From NCBI GenBank assembly GCA_963666895.2, contig CAXXNS010000001.1:76421-140420 (forward strand): 64,000 nt of DNA, in the 5' to 3' direction. The notes under the pieces are model-generated. The model worked only from the letters and a program-made list of their open reading frames with translations. It did no database searches and was not told the origin of the DNA. The stretch's first letter is position 1. The number at the start of each line of letters is the position of its first letter. This DNA is from Desulfovibrionaceae bacterium. GTDB taxonomy: Bacteria; Desulfobacterota; Desulfovibrionia; Desulfovibrionales; Desulfovibrionaceae. The position numbers and the translations under genes were made by a program. Shown one piece after another: positions 17,967 to 27,900 of this stretch.

Positions 17967-18594
17967 TCGTCATCCTCCTGGGGGGTACGTATTTCTGCAT
18001 GACCAGATCGAAGCCCGGAGGCAGGTAACTCCGGGCGATATCCACGTCCGTGTCGGTAAGTTCGGGCACCCGCGTGGTGCGGAAGTAGAAAGATTTGGGA
18101 TGCTGTCTGGCCAATTCAAAGATCTGGCCCAGGTTTTCACGGGCCTGGTCGCCGGAAACGGCCTTGCCGGTCAGCTTGCCGTATTTATGGAAGGGACCTT
18201 TGACGTCCACGGCGAAGCGGTCGGCCAGGCGAAAATGGATAAGTTCGGCCACCACGTGGGGCCGCATGCCGTTGGTGTCCACCTTGACGGGCAGGCCGAG
18301 CTTCCTGATCTCGTAGAGGAGCTCGCCCAGGCCGGGAACCGTGGTCGGCTCGCCGCCGGTGACAGTGACGCCGGACAGCCAGCGGGACCGCTCGGCCAGG
18401 GCCACCTTGAGCTTGTAGTGGGGGATCACGGGCAGGGTGTCCATATTCCAGGCCAGGTCGAAGTTGTGGCAGGTGGGGCAGCGCAGGTTGCAGCCACCGA
18501 GAAAGATGACCGCGCAGGGATATCCGGGCCAATCGCACAAGCTGAACCGCTCGAAACCGCGCACATACTTCCAAACGCCAGCCGGCTCGTTCAT
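17914..18594 (-). CDS. nrdG: Anaerobic ribonucleotide reductase activating radical-SAM protein
   Basis: 226 aa with the CNLRCPTCHN (CxxxCxxC) cluster motif near the N-terminus. Its 3' end overlaps the start of nrdD copy B by 53 nt. Confidence 0.85.
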   Translation of the reverse strand: MNEPAGVWKYVRGFERFSLCDWPGYPCAVIFLGGCNLRCPTCHNFDLAWNMDTLPVIPHYKLKVALAERSRWLSGVTVTGGEPTTVPGLGELLYEIRKLGLPVKVDTNGMRPHVVAELIHFRLADRFAVDVKGPFHKYGKLTGKAVSGDQARENLGQIFELARQHPKSFYFRTTRVPELTDTDVDIARSYLPPGFDLVMQKYVPPRRMTNALSDHEERRPVGNVVN

Positions 18595-18716
18595 TGCGCC
18601 TCTCTCTCCGGAAAAACCGCGCCTCAGGGAAGAAGGAATCCCACCCTTCCCGGCCCCACCCGGGAACCCATTTTGACGACCCGTTCGCCCGTAATGTTCG
18701 TTTTGTTACTCACTCC

Positions 18717-18737
18717 AAAAAAGACGGCCACGCCGTC
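18717..18737 (-). terminator. Terminator-like hairpin inside the nrdG leader (candidate attenuator)
   Basis: Minus-strand GACGGC gtg GCCGTC followed by T6, ~120 nt upstream of the nrdG ATG and ~90 nt downstream of a TATAAT hexamer (18828..18833, minus strand). Confidence 0.45.
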
Positions 18738-19182
18738 CATTTCTATCTATCCCAGGCAAAAAGTTTTGTACAGGGGGGGTCCGAAATAAAATTCAAGCCG
18801 TACGGTGCCTTGAGGCAGTTACGAGTGATTATACCCGATTGAGGAGAATGTAACATTTTTTTCCACAATACGGCTTTTGGCAGTTGCGCGGAAATACTGA
18901 CACTTTTCTAGAGAAAGTTTAGAAGTTTTTTTTCAAGCCGAAGGTTGCGAACAATGGTGGATATCTGGGGGAACGCCGCGAACGCGGTAGGGGGAACGTA
19001 ACAAACCCGACACAAAAAGGCCAGGGCCTTTTCAAATTGCCAGGCACTTTTTTTGCTACATCCTGGAAACGCGATCTTTTTTCCCTGTACTTGGCAACGA
19101 CCGCCTTGGCGGTGTAATCATGGGCAAGAAGACGAGACAGCCGGACCACGTCCGCGCCGGACCTGCAACCAGAGGCTTTTTC

Positions 19183-19701
19183 ATGCGCCAGAACACCCTT
19201 TTCCTGACCTTGTCCCTGCTCGCGCTCCTGCTCCTGGAGAGCGTGCCCGGAGCGGCCCTGGCCCTGTCCGACACCGACGAACTCAACATCTGCCTGTGCA
19301 GGAACGTGGCCGCCCGCATCCTGTGCAAGGACGTGGAGGACTTCGACTACGTGACCACGCAGTCCGACGGCACCCACGTGTTCACCGTGTTCTACGCGGA
19401 CAAGAAAAGGCAAATCCAGTGCTACGTGTCCGACTCCCTGGTGCAGATCAAGGCCCATCTCAAACACATGGAATACCATTCCGTGCCCTACGACCTGAAC
19501 CCGGCCGAGATGTGCGCCACCGTGGACCTGGCCGTGCCCCAGTGCCCGGCCCGCTGGCCCATCCGCTGCTGCGCCGAAAAGAGCCCCGACGACATCCAGG
19601 AGGAAAAGTCCCTGGAGTTCTGGAGCAGGCCTGTTCCCGAATTGCTGAAGGACGAACTGGAAAGCGGCATCGCCCGGGAGCAGAACGCCACCGATCAATA
19701 A
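19183..19701 (+). CDS. Secreted Cys-rich hypothetical protein
   Basis: Signal peptide MRQNTLFLTLSLLALLLLESVPGAALA and eight Cys in the mature part. I recognise no family. The track ORF starts at 19120. Confidence 0.55.
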   Translation: MRQNTLFLTLSLLALLLLESVPGAALALSDTDELNICLCRNVAARILCKDVEDFDYVTTQSDGTHVFTVFYADKKRQIQCYVSDSLVQIKAHLKHMEYHSVPYDLNPAEMCATVDLAVPQCPARWPIRCCAEKSPDDIQEEKSLEFWSRPVPELLKDELESGIAREQNATDQ

Positions 19702-19705
19702 CCCG

Positions 19706-20017
19706 TCAGGTCCGGCGCAGGGACACCAGCACCGCGGCCAGGCCGCCGGCGGCCAGCGCGGGCCACCAGGTACGCGTGAACAGGCCGTAGACCACCGCGC
19801 CGCCCAGGACCAGGACCACCCCCCAGACCTCGACGCAACGCAGCAGGAGCTTGCGGAACCAGGTTCCGTCCCCGCCGAGCCCCGGGGTGAGCTCCACGGG
19901 CGCGGGAAGCCCCTCGTCGTCCGAAACGACCCGCCCGGACTGGAGCTTGTGGCCGCAGAACAGACAGAAGCGGGCGTCCTCCTCATTGGACGTGCCGCAT
20001 CGCGAACAGGTGATCAT
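19706..20017 (-). CDS. Zinc-ribbon domain membrane protein
   Basis: MITCSRCGTSNEEDARFCLFCGHKL (CxxC..CxxC zinc ribbon) followed by two hydrophobic helices. The longer track ORF upstream of Met105 is low-complexity. Confidence 0.6.
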   Translation of the reverse strand: MITCSRCGTSNEEDARFCLFCGHKLQSGRVVSDDEGLPAPVELTPGLGGDGTWFRKLLLRCVEVWGVVLVLGGAVVYGLFTRTWWPALAAGGLAAVLVSLRRT

Positions 20018-20198
20018 GGTTCTGGTTCTGGCCTTTGAGCGGCCCGCAGTCAACGATTTCCGCACCGGGAGTTGACGGAACAGGACAAATGGCCGATGTA
20101 AAAACGAGCCGGAGGGGCGGGGAGACAACGATATCCGGACCATCCCACCCCATATGTCAACTTCAGGAGGCAGCGGGCCCATGGGCCCGCCATGACCA

Positions 20199-21974
20199 AT
20201 GACGGACAACGCTCCCCAGGAAGGCGCGCCCGAGGCCGCACAGCCCGAGGCCGCGCAGCCAGAAAACGGCCAGCCGGAGAACGACCAGGACACGGCCGCG
20301 CCCAAAGCACCCCCGCCCGAGGGGGGCAAACTCGACCGCGAGCAGCGCCTGGACGCCTACCTGGCCAAACTCGAAGAGCTCAAGCAGGCCAACACCACCC
20401 TGCGCGAGGTGCTGGAGCGCGAGCTGCTCCTGGAGTTCGTCCGGACCAACCGGGCCAACATCAATGAATTTCCCCTGCTGGAGACCCAGCAGCAGTCGGT
20501 CATCACCGTGCTCACCCAGCGGGGCGAGCATCCGGCCTACGACCACATCCGCCGCCTGACCGCCTCCTTCATCACCCTGCTCAACCAGTACCGCAAGCTC
20601 AAGGACGGCGGCGATGTCGAGGACGTGGAGGCGTTGCGCGTCCAGATCAACAACAACGAGACCCTGCTCATCAAGACCGTGCAGGGCGTGGTGTACGCCT
20701 GCGGCCTGATCACGGACAACTTCGAGGAGTTGGTGCTCCACAACATGGGCAAAGCCGCCCTGCACGACTACAACCAGCTCATGCAGGACCACCCCCTGGG
20801 GCCCGAATTCTGGCGCACCGCCCTGGAACGCTTCGTCACCGCGCCGGTGGACGCGGCCAATGCCGCCGCCATCCAGGACAAGGGCTACCGGTTGGGCAAG
20901 GAAGGCAAGTTCCTGGTCCTGCGCTTCCCCTTCGACCTGGTGCTGGCCCAGCTCAGCCCGGCCCCGTCCGGGCTGGACAAGACCCGCATCCAGAAGGCCT
21001 TCGAGGCCAACGCTTCGGGCCCGGAAGGGCTGACCACCCTGAAGGTGGTCCTGGCCTGCCTGAAAAAGGGGCTGGCCTCCATCCCCGAAGACGTGCTGCC
21101 CGCCGAGGCCCTGGCCTACAACGCCCGGGTGGTATGCATAGACTCCACGGTCACCGAGTACCGGGACCACTACCTGGAACGCGCCAAGGCCCTCAAGGAG
21201 GGCCGGGTGCCCTCGGAGGACGACAAGTCCGCCTTCCTCTTCCTGGGCGAACAGGTGGTGGCCGCGGGCATGGGCGCGGTCATCGGCTCGGCCGTCACCC
21301 GGGACGCCCTGGTCCAGGTGCTGCGCAGCTACCTGCCCGAAGGCATGGAGTCCTTCGGCCACCTGACCCGGGACTTCTCCATGGCCAGCCTGCAGCGCCT
21401 CTACATGCGCCTCATGGAACAGCGGTTCCTGGACAACCTGCGCCAGCAGGCCGAGGAGGAACAGGGCAAGATGCTGTTCCGGGTCACGCGGGCCAAGCGG
21501 GTCCAGGCCGCGGCCCTGGCCGGGCTGGAAGAGATCAACCTGAACCGCATCCGGCAGAAAAAGATATGGGAGGACGCCCCCTCGGACACGGAGTGGAAGA
21601 TATTCCGGGCCCGCACGGCCAAGCAGCTGGCCACGCTACTCTCCCCGTTGCAGTTGGAGCCGCCGCTCATCGAAAAGATACGCCAACTGTGGACCTCGGC
21701 CCAGGACAAGGTGGATCTGGTGGTCCTGGTGGACCTGGCCCAATTGCAGCGCACCACCACCAACCTGCGCGTCCGGCTGGCCGAGATCCTGGCCAAGTTC
21801 GGCATCGGCAGCTCCCCGGCCAAGCCCGAGCCCGAGCCGACACCGGAACCCGCGCCGGAGCCGACACCGGAACCCGAGCCCGAGCCGACGCCGGAACCCG
21901 CGCCCGAGCCAGCGCCCGAACCGGAAGCCGAAGCCCCGGCCGAAGCCGAGCCCGAGCAGCCCCCGCAGGACTGA
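20199..21974 (+). CDS. Hypothetical 591-aa protein with acidic Pro/Glu/Ala repeat tails
   Basis: Long ORF with normal codon usage, a helical-looking core, an N-terminal PEAAQPE repeat and a C-terminal PEPEPTPEPAPEP repeat. I recognise no family. Confidence 0.7.
   Translation: MTDNAPQEGAPEAAQPEAAQPENGQPENDQDTAAPKAPPPEGGKLDREQRLDAYLAKLEELKQANTTLREVLERELLLEFVRTNRANINEFPLLETQQQSVITVLTQRGEHPAYDHIRRLTASFITLLNQYRKLKDGGDVEDVEALRVQINNNETLLIKTVQGVVYACGLITDNFEELVLHNMGKAALHDYNQLMQDHPLGPEFWRTALERFVTAPVDAANAAAIQDKGYRLGKEGKFLVLRFPFDLVLAQLSPAPSGLDKTRIQKAFEANASGPEGLTTLKVVLACLKKGLASIPEDVLPAEALAYNARVVCIDSTVTEYRDHYLERAKALKEGRVPSEDDKSAFLFLGEQVVAAGMGAVIGSAVTRDALVQVLRSYLPEGMESFGHLTRDFSMASLQRLYMRLMEQRFLDNLRQQAEEEQGKMLFRVTRAKRVQAAALAGLEEINLNRIRQKKIWEDAPSDTEWKIFRARTAKQLATLLSPLQLEPPLIEKIRQLWTSAQDKVDLVVLVDLAQLQRTTTNLRVRLAEILAKFGIGSSPAKPEPEPTPEPAPEPTPEPEPEPTPEPAPEPAPEPEAEAPAEAEPEQPPQD
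21822..21960 (+). repeat. Tandem short coding repeat (CCSGAR-type, PEP/PAP units)
   Basis: Iterated GAGCCCGAGCCGACACCGGAACCCGCGCC-like units encode the PEPEPTPEPAPEP.. tail of the 591-aa ORF. Confidence 0.7.
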
Positions 21975-21977
21975 TCC

Positions 21978-22841
21978 CTACGCAAACACTATGGTCTTGT
22001 TACCGTTGACCAGGATGCGGTCCTCCACGTGCCACTTCACGGCCCGGGCCATGACCTGGCGCTCGATGTCCCGCCCGAGGACCTTGAGGTCCTCCACGTT
22101 GTTGCGGTGAGACACGCGGATGACGTCCTGTTCGATGATCGGCCCCTGGTCCAGCTCGTCCGTGACGTAGTGGGCCGTGGCCCCGATGAGCTTGACCCCC
22201 CGTTCGGCCGCGCGGCGGTACGGGTCCGCGCCCACGAAGGCGGGCAGGAAGGAGTGGTGGATGTTGATCAGCCGCTCCGGGAACGCGGCCACGAAGGCGG
22301 GCGACACGATCTGCATGTACCTGGCCAGGAGCACCAGGTCGGCCTTGCCCTCCAGCAGCGTCAGGATGCGCCCCTCGGCCTCGTCCCTGTTGTCCGGGGT
22401 CACGGGCACGTGGTGGAAGGGCACGCCCAGGGCCCGGGCGTCGTCGGCCAGGTCCGGGTGGTTGGAGATGACCATGGTCACCACGGTGTCGATCTCTTTG
22501 CGCTTGCAGCGCCAGAGGATGTCCATGAGTACGTGGTCCGACTTGGAGACCAGGACGGCGGTCTTCTTGGGCCGCCAGCAGGGCGCCAGCCGCCAGCGCA
22601 TTCCGAAGCGCTCGGCCACCTCCCTGGAAAAGGCCTGCTCGATGGCCTCGCGCTCCACGTCCATGCTCTCGAGGTGAAACTCCAGGCGCATGAAGAACTG
22701 GCCGCCCAGAGGGTCGGTGGAATGCTGGTCCGAATGCACGATGTTGGCTCCGCGGTCGAAGAGCCAACCGGACACGGCGGCCACGATTCCGGGCTGGTCC
22801 GGGCAGGCGATGAGCAGCCTGGCTTTGGGTGTCTCGAACAT
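21978..22841 (-). CDS. purU: Formyltetrahydrofolate deformylase
   Basis: N-terminal ACT domain ([20 protein letters not shown]) plus a formyltransferase core ([28 protein letters not shown]). GGAGGA RBS before ATG 22841. Confidence 0.9.
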   Translation of the reverse strand: MFETPKARLLIACPDQPGIVAAVSGWLFDRGANIVHSDQHSTDPLGGQFFMRLEFHLESMDVEREAIEQAFSREVAERFGMRWRLAPCWRPKKTAVLVSKSDHVLMDILWRCKRKEIDTVVTMVISNHPDLADDARALGVPFHHVPVTPDNRDEAEGRILTLLEGKADLVLLARYMQIVSPAFVAAFPERLINIHHSFLPAFVGADPYRRAAERGVKLIGATAHYVTDELDQGPIIEQDVIRVSHRNNVEDLKVLGRDIERQVMARAVKWHVEDRILVNGNKTIVFA

Positions 22842-22980
22842 GCGTCCTCCTACCCCAAGAGCCCCGCTTCCGGCAAGTGTCCGCGCCCGGCCCGGCCGGG
22901 GCCGGATTCGTTGCCAACCGGATTGCTTTGGGCTAGTATCCGGAGCCCTCGAACCCCTACCCTTTTTTGGAGGATGACCC

Positions 22981-23604
22981 ATGCCCAAAGCGGCCGTGGC
23001 CAAGGTCATGGAACACGCGCAGGCCGGACTCCAGGTCCGGCAGGCCTTTTTCGAGAAACAGGCCGAAACCCTGGTGGTGGTGGCCCGGGCCATGGCCATC
23101 AGCCTGGCCAAGGGCGGCAAGATTCTGTTCTGCGGCAACGGCGGCAGCGCCGCGGACTCCCAGCACCTGGCCGCGGAGTTCGTCAACCGCTTCCAGCTGG
23201 AACGCCCTCCCCTGCCGGCCATCGCCCTGACCACGGACACTTCCATCCTGACGGCCGTGGGCAACGACTACGGATTCGAGCAGATATTCACCAAGCAGGT
23301 CCAGGCCCTGGGCAAGGCCGGAGACGTGTTCGTGGGCATCTCCACCTCGGGCACCAGCCCCAACGTGATCCACGCCCTCAAGGAGGCCCACCGCAAGGAA
23401 CTGGTCTGCGTCGGGCTCTGCGGGGCCAACCGGGGCGAGATGGCCGACTCCTGCCACTGGATCCTGTCCGTGCCCAGCCCGGTCACGGCCCTGGTCCAGG
23501 AGGTTCACATCGCGGCCGGGCACATGCTCTGCCACCTGGTGGACCACTTCCTGTTCGAGGCGGTCATGGAACTGGATCCCTACCTCCACGGGGAAGGAGG
23601 CTGA
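22981..23604 (+). CDS. gmhA: SIS-domain D-sedoheptulose-7-phosphate isomerase (GmhA/DiaA family)
   Basis: [57 protein letters not shown]. Confidence 0.75.
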   Translation: MPKAAVAKVMEHAQAGLQVRQAFFEKQAETLVVVARAMAISLAKGGKILFCGNGGSAADSQHLAAEFVNRFQLERPPLPAIALTTDTSILTAVGNDYGFEQIFTKQVQALGKAGDVFVGISTSGTSPNVIHALKEAHRKELVCVGLCGANRGEMADSCHWILSVPSPVTALVQEVHIAAGHMLCHLVDHFLFEAVMELDPYLHGEGG

Positions 23605-23609
23605 GCCGC

Positions 23610-24050
23610 GTGCGCATCCTGGTGGTCGAAGACAGTGAAGTCGTCCGGGAATACCTGGTCACCCTGCTGGCGGACTACGGCCAGGTCGTGGGCGCGGCCG
23701 ACGCCGAGGAAGGCATCGAGCTGTTCCGCCGGGCCAAGAAGGAAAACGATCCCTTCAGCCTCATCTTCATGGATATCCTGCTGCCGGGAATGAACGGCCT
23801 CCAGGCCATCGAGACCATCCGGGCCGAGGAGGAATGCTTCCTGGGCGGCAGGCCCTGCCAGGTGGACATCGTGGTCGCCTCGGCCCTGGACGACGACGTC
23901 AGCGCCCAGCGGGCCTTTTTCACGGGCCAGGCCGCGTCCTTCCTGACCAAGCCCCTGGACACCAACGAAATCCACCGCGAGATGTCCCGGCTCGGGTATC
24001 AGGCCGGGTCCGCCTCGGTCACCCGCACGGACAGCCCCCTGGCCCGGTAG
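23610..24050 (+). CDS. Single-domain response-regulator receiver
   Basis: GTG 23610 sits behind GGAAGGAGG, 5 nt after the gmhA stop. Motifs ILVVEDSE, LIFMDILLPGMNG, FLTKP. Confidence 0.8.
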   Translation: MRILVVEDSEVVREYLVTLLADYGQVVGAADAEEGIELFRRAKKENDPFSLIFMDILLPGMNGLQAIETIRAEEECFLGGRPCQVDIVVASALDDDVSAQRAFFTGQAASFLTKPLDTNEIHREMSRLGYQAGSASVTRTDSPLAR

Positions 24051-24394
24051 CGTTCCGCCACCTGCTCGGCCCGCCGCCGTGTAGGCAGGGTGGCCAGCAC
24101 CAGTTGGGCGCGGTCGGTCCGGTCCCAGACCCAGACGTATTCGGCAAGCTCCACCCCGCACTGGTTCACGCTCTGGCGCAGCCGGTCGCGGGCCTCGTCG
24201 CGCTCCTGGAAACGGCTCTTCCCAAAGGGCTCGCCCACGGCCAGGACCCACCAGCCGCTCTCGGACTCCTGATAGACTGTCCCGTTGCCGCGCACCGCGG
24301 CCGTGAGGCGGCGGATGGACCGCACCAGGGCGGCCGGGGCGTCGGATTGCAGGCGTTCGTCGTTCACGCGGGCTTCTCCTCCAGTATGCTTCAT
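23999..24394 (-). CDS. Hypothetical protein (possibly SPOR-like)
   Basis: 131-aa ORF with plausible composition. Its 3' end overlaps the convergent receiver gene by 52 nt. No firm family recognition. Confidence 0.35.
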   Translation of the reverse strand: MKHTGGEARVNDERLQSDAPAALVRSIRRLTAAVRGNGTVYQESESGWWVLAVGEPFGKSRFQERDEARDRLRQSVNQCGVELAEYVWVWDRTDRAQLVLATLPTRRRAEQVAERYRARGLSVRVTEADPA

Positions 24395-24465
24395 TTATTA
24401 CCAGCAGGCACGGGCAGACACAAGACCGGTCTTGCCCCGAGACCGGCCCACGGATACAACACGGC

Positions 24466-24894
24466 ATGGAATCCCCGGGCAGATATCCCCACCAGATGCG
24501 CCCCGGGCCCCTGCGCAGGGCCCTGGTCCGGGCGGCGTGGATTCTTGCGGCCGCGGCCCTGATCTGGGGCCTGTACTCTCTGCCGTACGATATTCTGCGC
24601 ACCGAGCGAATCCGGGCCTACGGCGAGGAGGAGACCCAGGGTGTGGTGCTGGACAGAATAGAATCCGCGGACAAGGACGGACGCCCGCTGTTCCTGGTCC
24701 GCTACGCCTTTCAGGACGACTCGGGCCTGACCCGGCAAGCCGAGGCCCCGTTCCCCGAGGATTTCTACCGGACCCTGCGGCCAGGCGACCCCCTCCGAAT
24801 TTTTTATGCCCGGGCCAATCCGGCCGTGGTCCGGGCCCAGGGCCAACTGGAGCCCTGGTTCCAGGCCCATCTTCGCCGATTCCTGCAACGGTGA
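24466..24894 (+). CDS. DUF3592-like membrane protein
   Basis: An N-terminal helix is followed by a beta-rich domain (VVLDRIESADKDGRPLFLVRYAFQD..LRIFYARANP). Confidence 0.55.
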   Translation: MESPGRYPHQMRPGPLRRALVRAAWILAAAALIWGLYSLPYDILRTERIRAYGEEETQGVVLDRIESADKDGRPLFLVRYAFQDDSGLTRQAEAPFPEDFYRTLRPGDPLRIFYARANPAVVRAQGQLEPWFQAHLRRFLQR

Positions 24895-24992
24895 CGAAAA
24901 ATGTTCAGGGTTTCCATCCGTTGCGAACCCTGATACAGTTCCTTCCATTCGACAAAACGCCCCTGACCAACCCCTTGCACACTGACGGGTCT

Positions 24993-27900
24993 ATGGAGCA
25001 ACGCAACGGCCACACCGGGGACCGCCTGGCACCCCCCAGGCGTTCCCTGTCTCGGGACATGACCGTCATTTTGGCCATTCTCATGGGCGGCGCTTTGGCC
25101 GTGCTCATGACGGTGGACTACATCCACCGCTCCCACCAGCTGCACCAGGAAGCCGAGATCAAGGCCCAGCGCGTCATGGACAGCGTGGCCGGAATGTTGC
25201 GTGAAGACTCCGCAGCCCTGCCCACCCTGCTGGACAACTTCGTCCGCAACCACGAGATCGAAACCCTGCGCGTGTTCGACGTGGACGGCCAACTGGTCTT
25301 CGAGTCCGTCAAGCAGGAGGCCGCAAGGGGCGACGTCCTGATGGAAACCCGGGAATTGGGAGGCCGGAACGAGCCCCCGGGCCGCATCGAGGCCGCGTTC
25401 TCCCTGGAGGGCGTGCATCAGCAGCTCCAGGCCACCTTCTGGGTCATGATCATAATCTTCGTGGTGGTCATGGTCTTCCTGGTGTCCACCACCTCCCGGC
25501 TCATCCGCATCCGCCTGCGCCGCCCCCTGCTGCCCCTGAAGACAGGCATGGCCCGCGTGGCCCAGGGCGAGTTCGACACGGCCGGCGAAGCGGAGAACTA
25601 CGAGGAGTTCGCGGGCATCTCCAAGACCTTCTCCATCATGGTCTCCCGGCTCAAGGACCGCGAGGAGGCCCTGCGCGGGGAGATCGCCGAACGCCAGCGC
25701 GCCGAGCAGCGGTACGCACTGGCCGTGAAGGGCGCCAACGACGGCATCTGGGACTGGGACCTGGTCAACGGCAGCATCTATTTCTCGGCCCGCTGGAAGG
25801 AGATCATCGGCTTCAACGAGGACGAGTTCCCCAACGACATCGAGGAATGGAAAAAGCGCATCCACCCCGACGACCGCCAGCGGGTGGTGGACGCGCACCA
25901 CAATTTCATGGCCGGGCTCGTGCCCACCCTGGACCTGGAATACCGGCTCCAGCACAAGGACGGATCCTGGCGCATGGTGCATGCCCAGGGTGCCAGCCTG
26001 ACCGACGAAAGCGGCGAGCCCGTGCGCATCGCCGGGGCCAACACGGACATCACCGAGCGCTACGAGGCCCAGCAGGCCCTCAAGGAAAGCGACGAGCAGT
26101 ACCGGGCCATCGTGGAGTCCTACGACGGGTTCATCTATATCTGCGACAAGGACTACCGCATCACCTTCATGAACAGGCGGCTGGAGGAGCGGACAGGCCG
26201 CCTGGCCCTGGGCGAGCCGTGTCACAAGGCCGTGCATGGCCTGGACGAGCGTTGCGCCTGGTGCATCATGGACAAGGTCATGAAAGGCCAGACAATACGC
26301 CGCGAGGTGCATAGCCCGGTGGACGGCCGCTGGTACTACGTGGTCAACACGCCCATCCTTCATCCCGACGGCTCGGTGTCCAAGCAGGCCATGTTCCAGG
26401 ACATCACCGAACGGAAACGGGCCGACCAGGCCCTGCGCGACAACGAGGAGCGCTACCGCACCCTCATCGAGACCACGGCCGAAGGCTTCGTGCTCCTCAA
26501 CCTGGACCTGACCATCCAGGACACCAACCAGGCCCTGTGCGACATGCTCGGCCGGAGCCGCTCCGACATCATCGGCCGCGACCTGCTCGAGTTCATGGAC
26601 GACGAAAGCCGGGAAGTCATCCTGGCCCAGGCCACCCGGTGGGAGGACACCCCGCACCGGCTCTACGAATTCTCGTTCAAGCGGGCCTCCGGGGAACACG
26701 TGGACGTGCTGGCCAGCTCCACCACCATGTTCGACCCCCAGGGCAAGGCCAAGGGCTCCTTCGTCTTCCTGACCGACATCACGGACCGCAAGCGCATGGA
26801 GAACCAGCTGCGCTACCAGGCCATGCACGACCCGCTCACCGGGCTGTCCAACCGCACCCTGTGCCTGGACCGCATCAGCCGCGCACTGGAGCGCGCCCGA
26901 CGCCGCTCCAACTACTATTACGCGGTCATCTTCCTGGACCTGGACCGCTTCAAGGTCATCAACGATTCCCTGGGCCACACCCTGGGCGACCAGTTGCTCA
27001 TCGAGACCAGCCACCGGCTGCTGGAGTGCGTCCGCGACCTGGACACGGTGTCGCGCTTCGGCGGGGACGAGTACATCGTTCTGCTGGAGGAGCTGGGCAG
27101 CCCGCGCAAGGCCATCCAGGTGGTCAAACGCATGCGCCAGGCCCTGCGGCGGCCCTACACCCTGGACAACCACGAGGTGCAGCTCACGGCCTCCATCGGC
27201 ATCGTGCTCGGGCCCACGGACTTCAAGAAGCCCGAGGACATCCTGCAGTACGCCAACATCGCCATGCACCGGGCCAAGTCCAAGGGCCGCGACCGGTTCA
27301 AGGTCTTCACCTCCAAGCTGCTGGACCACGCCATCCAGCAGATGGCCCTGGAAAACCACATGGAACGGGCCATGGCCGAAGGCCAGTTCTTCCTCCACTA
27401 CCAGCCCATCATCCGCATGGGCGAGGGCTCCCGGCTTTACGGCTTCGAAGCCCTGGCCCGCTGGGACCACCCCAGCCGGGGCATCATCCCGCCGGACGAG
27501 TTCATCCCCGTGGCCGAAGAGACCGGCATGATCATGGACCTGGGGTTGTGGGTCCTGGCCCAGGCCGCCCGGACCATGGTCCAGTGGATGGAGGCCCACC
27601 CCCGGGCCCGGGACCTGATCCTGTCCGTGAACATCTCGGGACGCCAGTTCTCCCAGCACGACCTGGCTTCCAAGATTCGCCGCCTCCTGGACCAGATCGG
27701 GCTGCCGCCCCATCAATTGAAACTGGAAATCACGGAAACGGCCCTCATGGAAAACGCGGCCACGGCCGTGGACACCCTGCGCCAGCTCAAGCAGCTGGGC
27801 GTGACCCTGTCCATCGACGACTTCGGCACCGGGTACTCGTCCATGAGCTATCTGCAGCGGCTGCCCCTGGACAACCTGAAGATCGACCTGTCCTTCGTGC

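Noticed and set aside
18600-18700. Possible cobalamin riboswitch upstream of nrdG. The minus strand reads GGGAAGGGTGGGATTCC, resembling the GGGAA..GGTG..AATCC core.
   Set aside because: No B12-box-like GCCACTG/ACTGT segment is present and there is no room for a ~200-nt aptamer. The motif lies ~35 nt from the ATG and downstream of the leader terminator hairpin. It is explained more simply as a GGGAAG/CTTCCC hairpin. An Rfam scan would be needed to exclude it fully.
21822-21960. Regular short DNA repeats that could be mistaken for a CRISPR-like or VNTR array. The K/P/E repeats at 47500..47800 are similar.
   Set aside because: The units are 6-30 nt and directly abutting, without unique spacers. 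They lie in frame inside long ORFs and encode Pro/Glu/Ala/Lys low-complexity protein segments.
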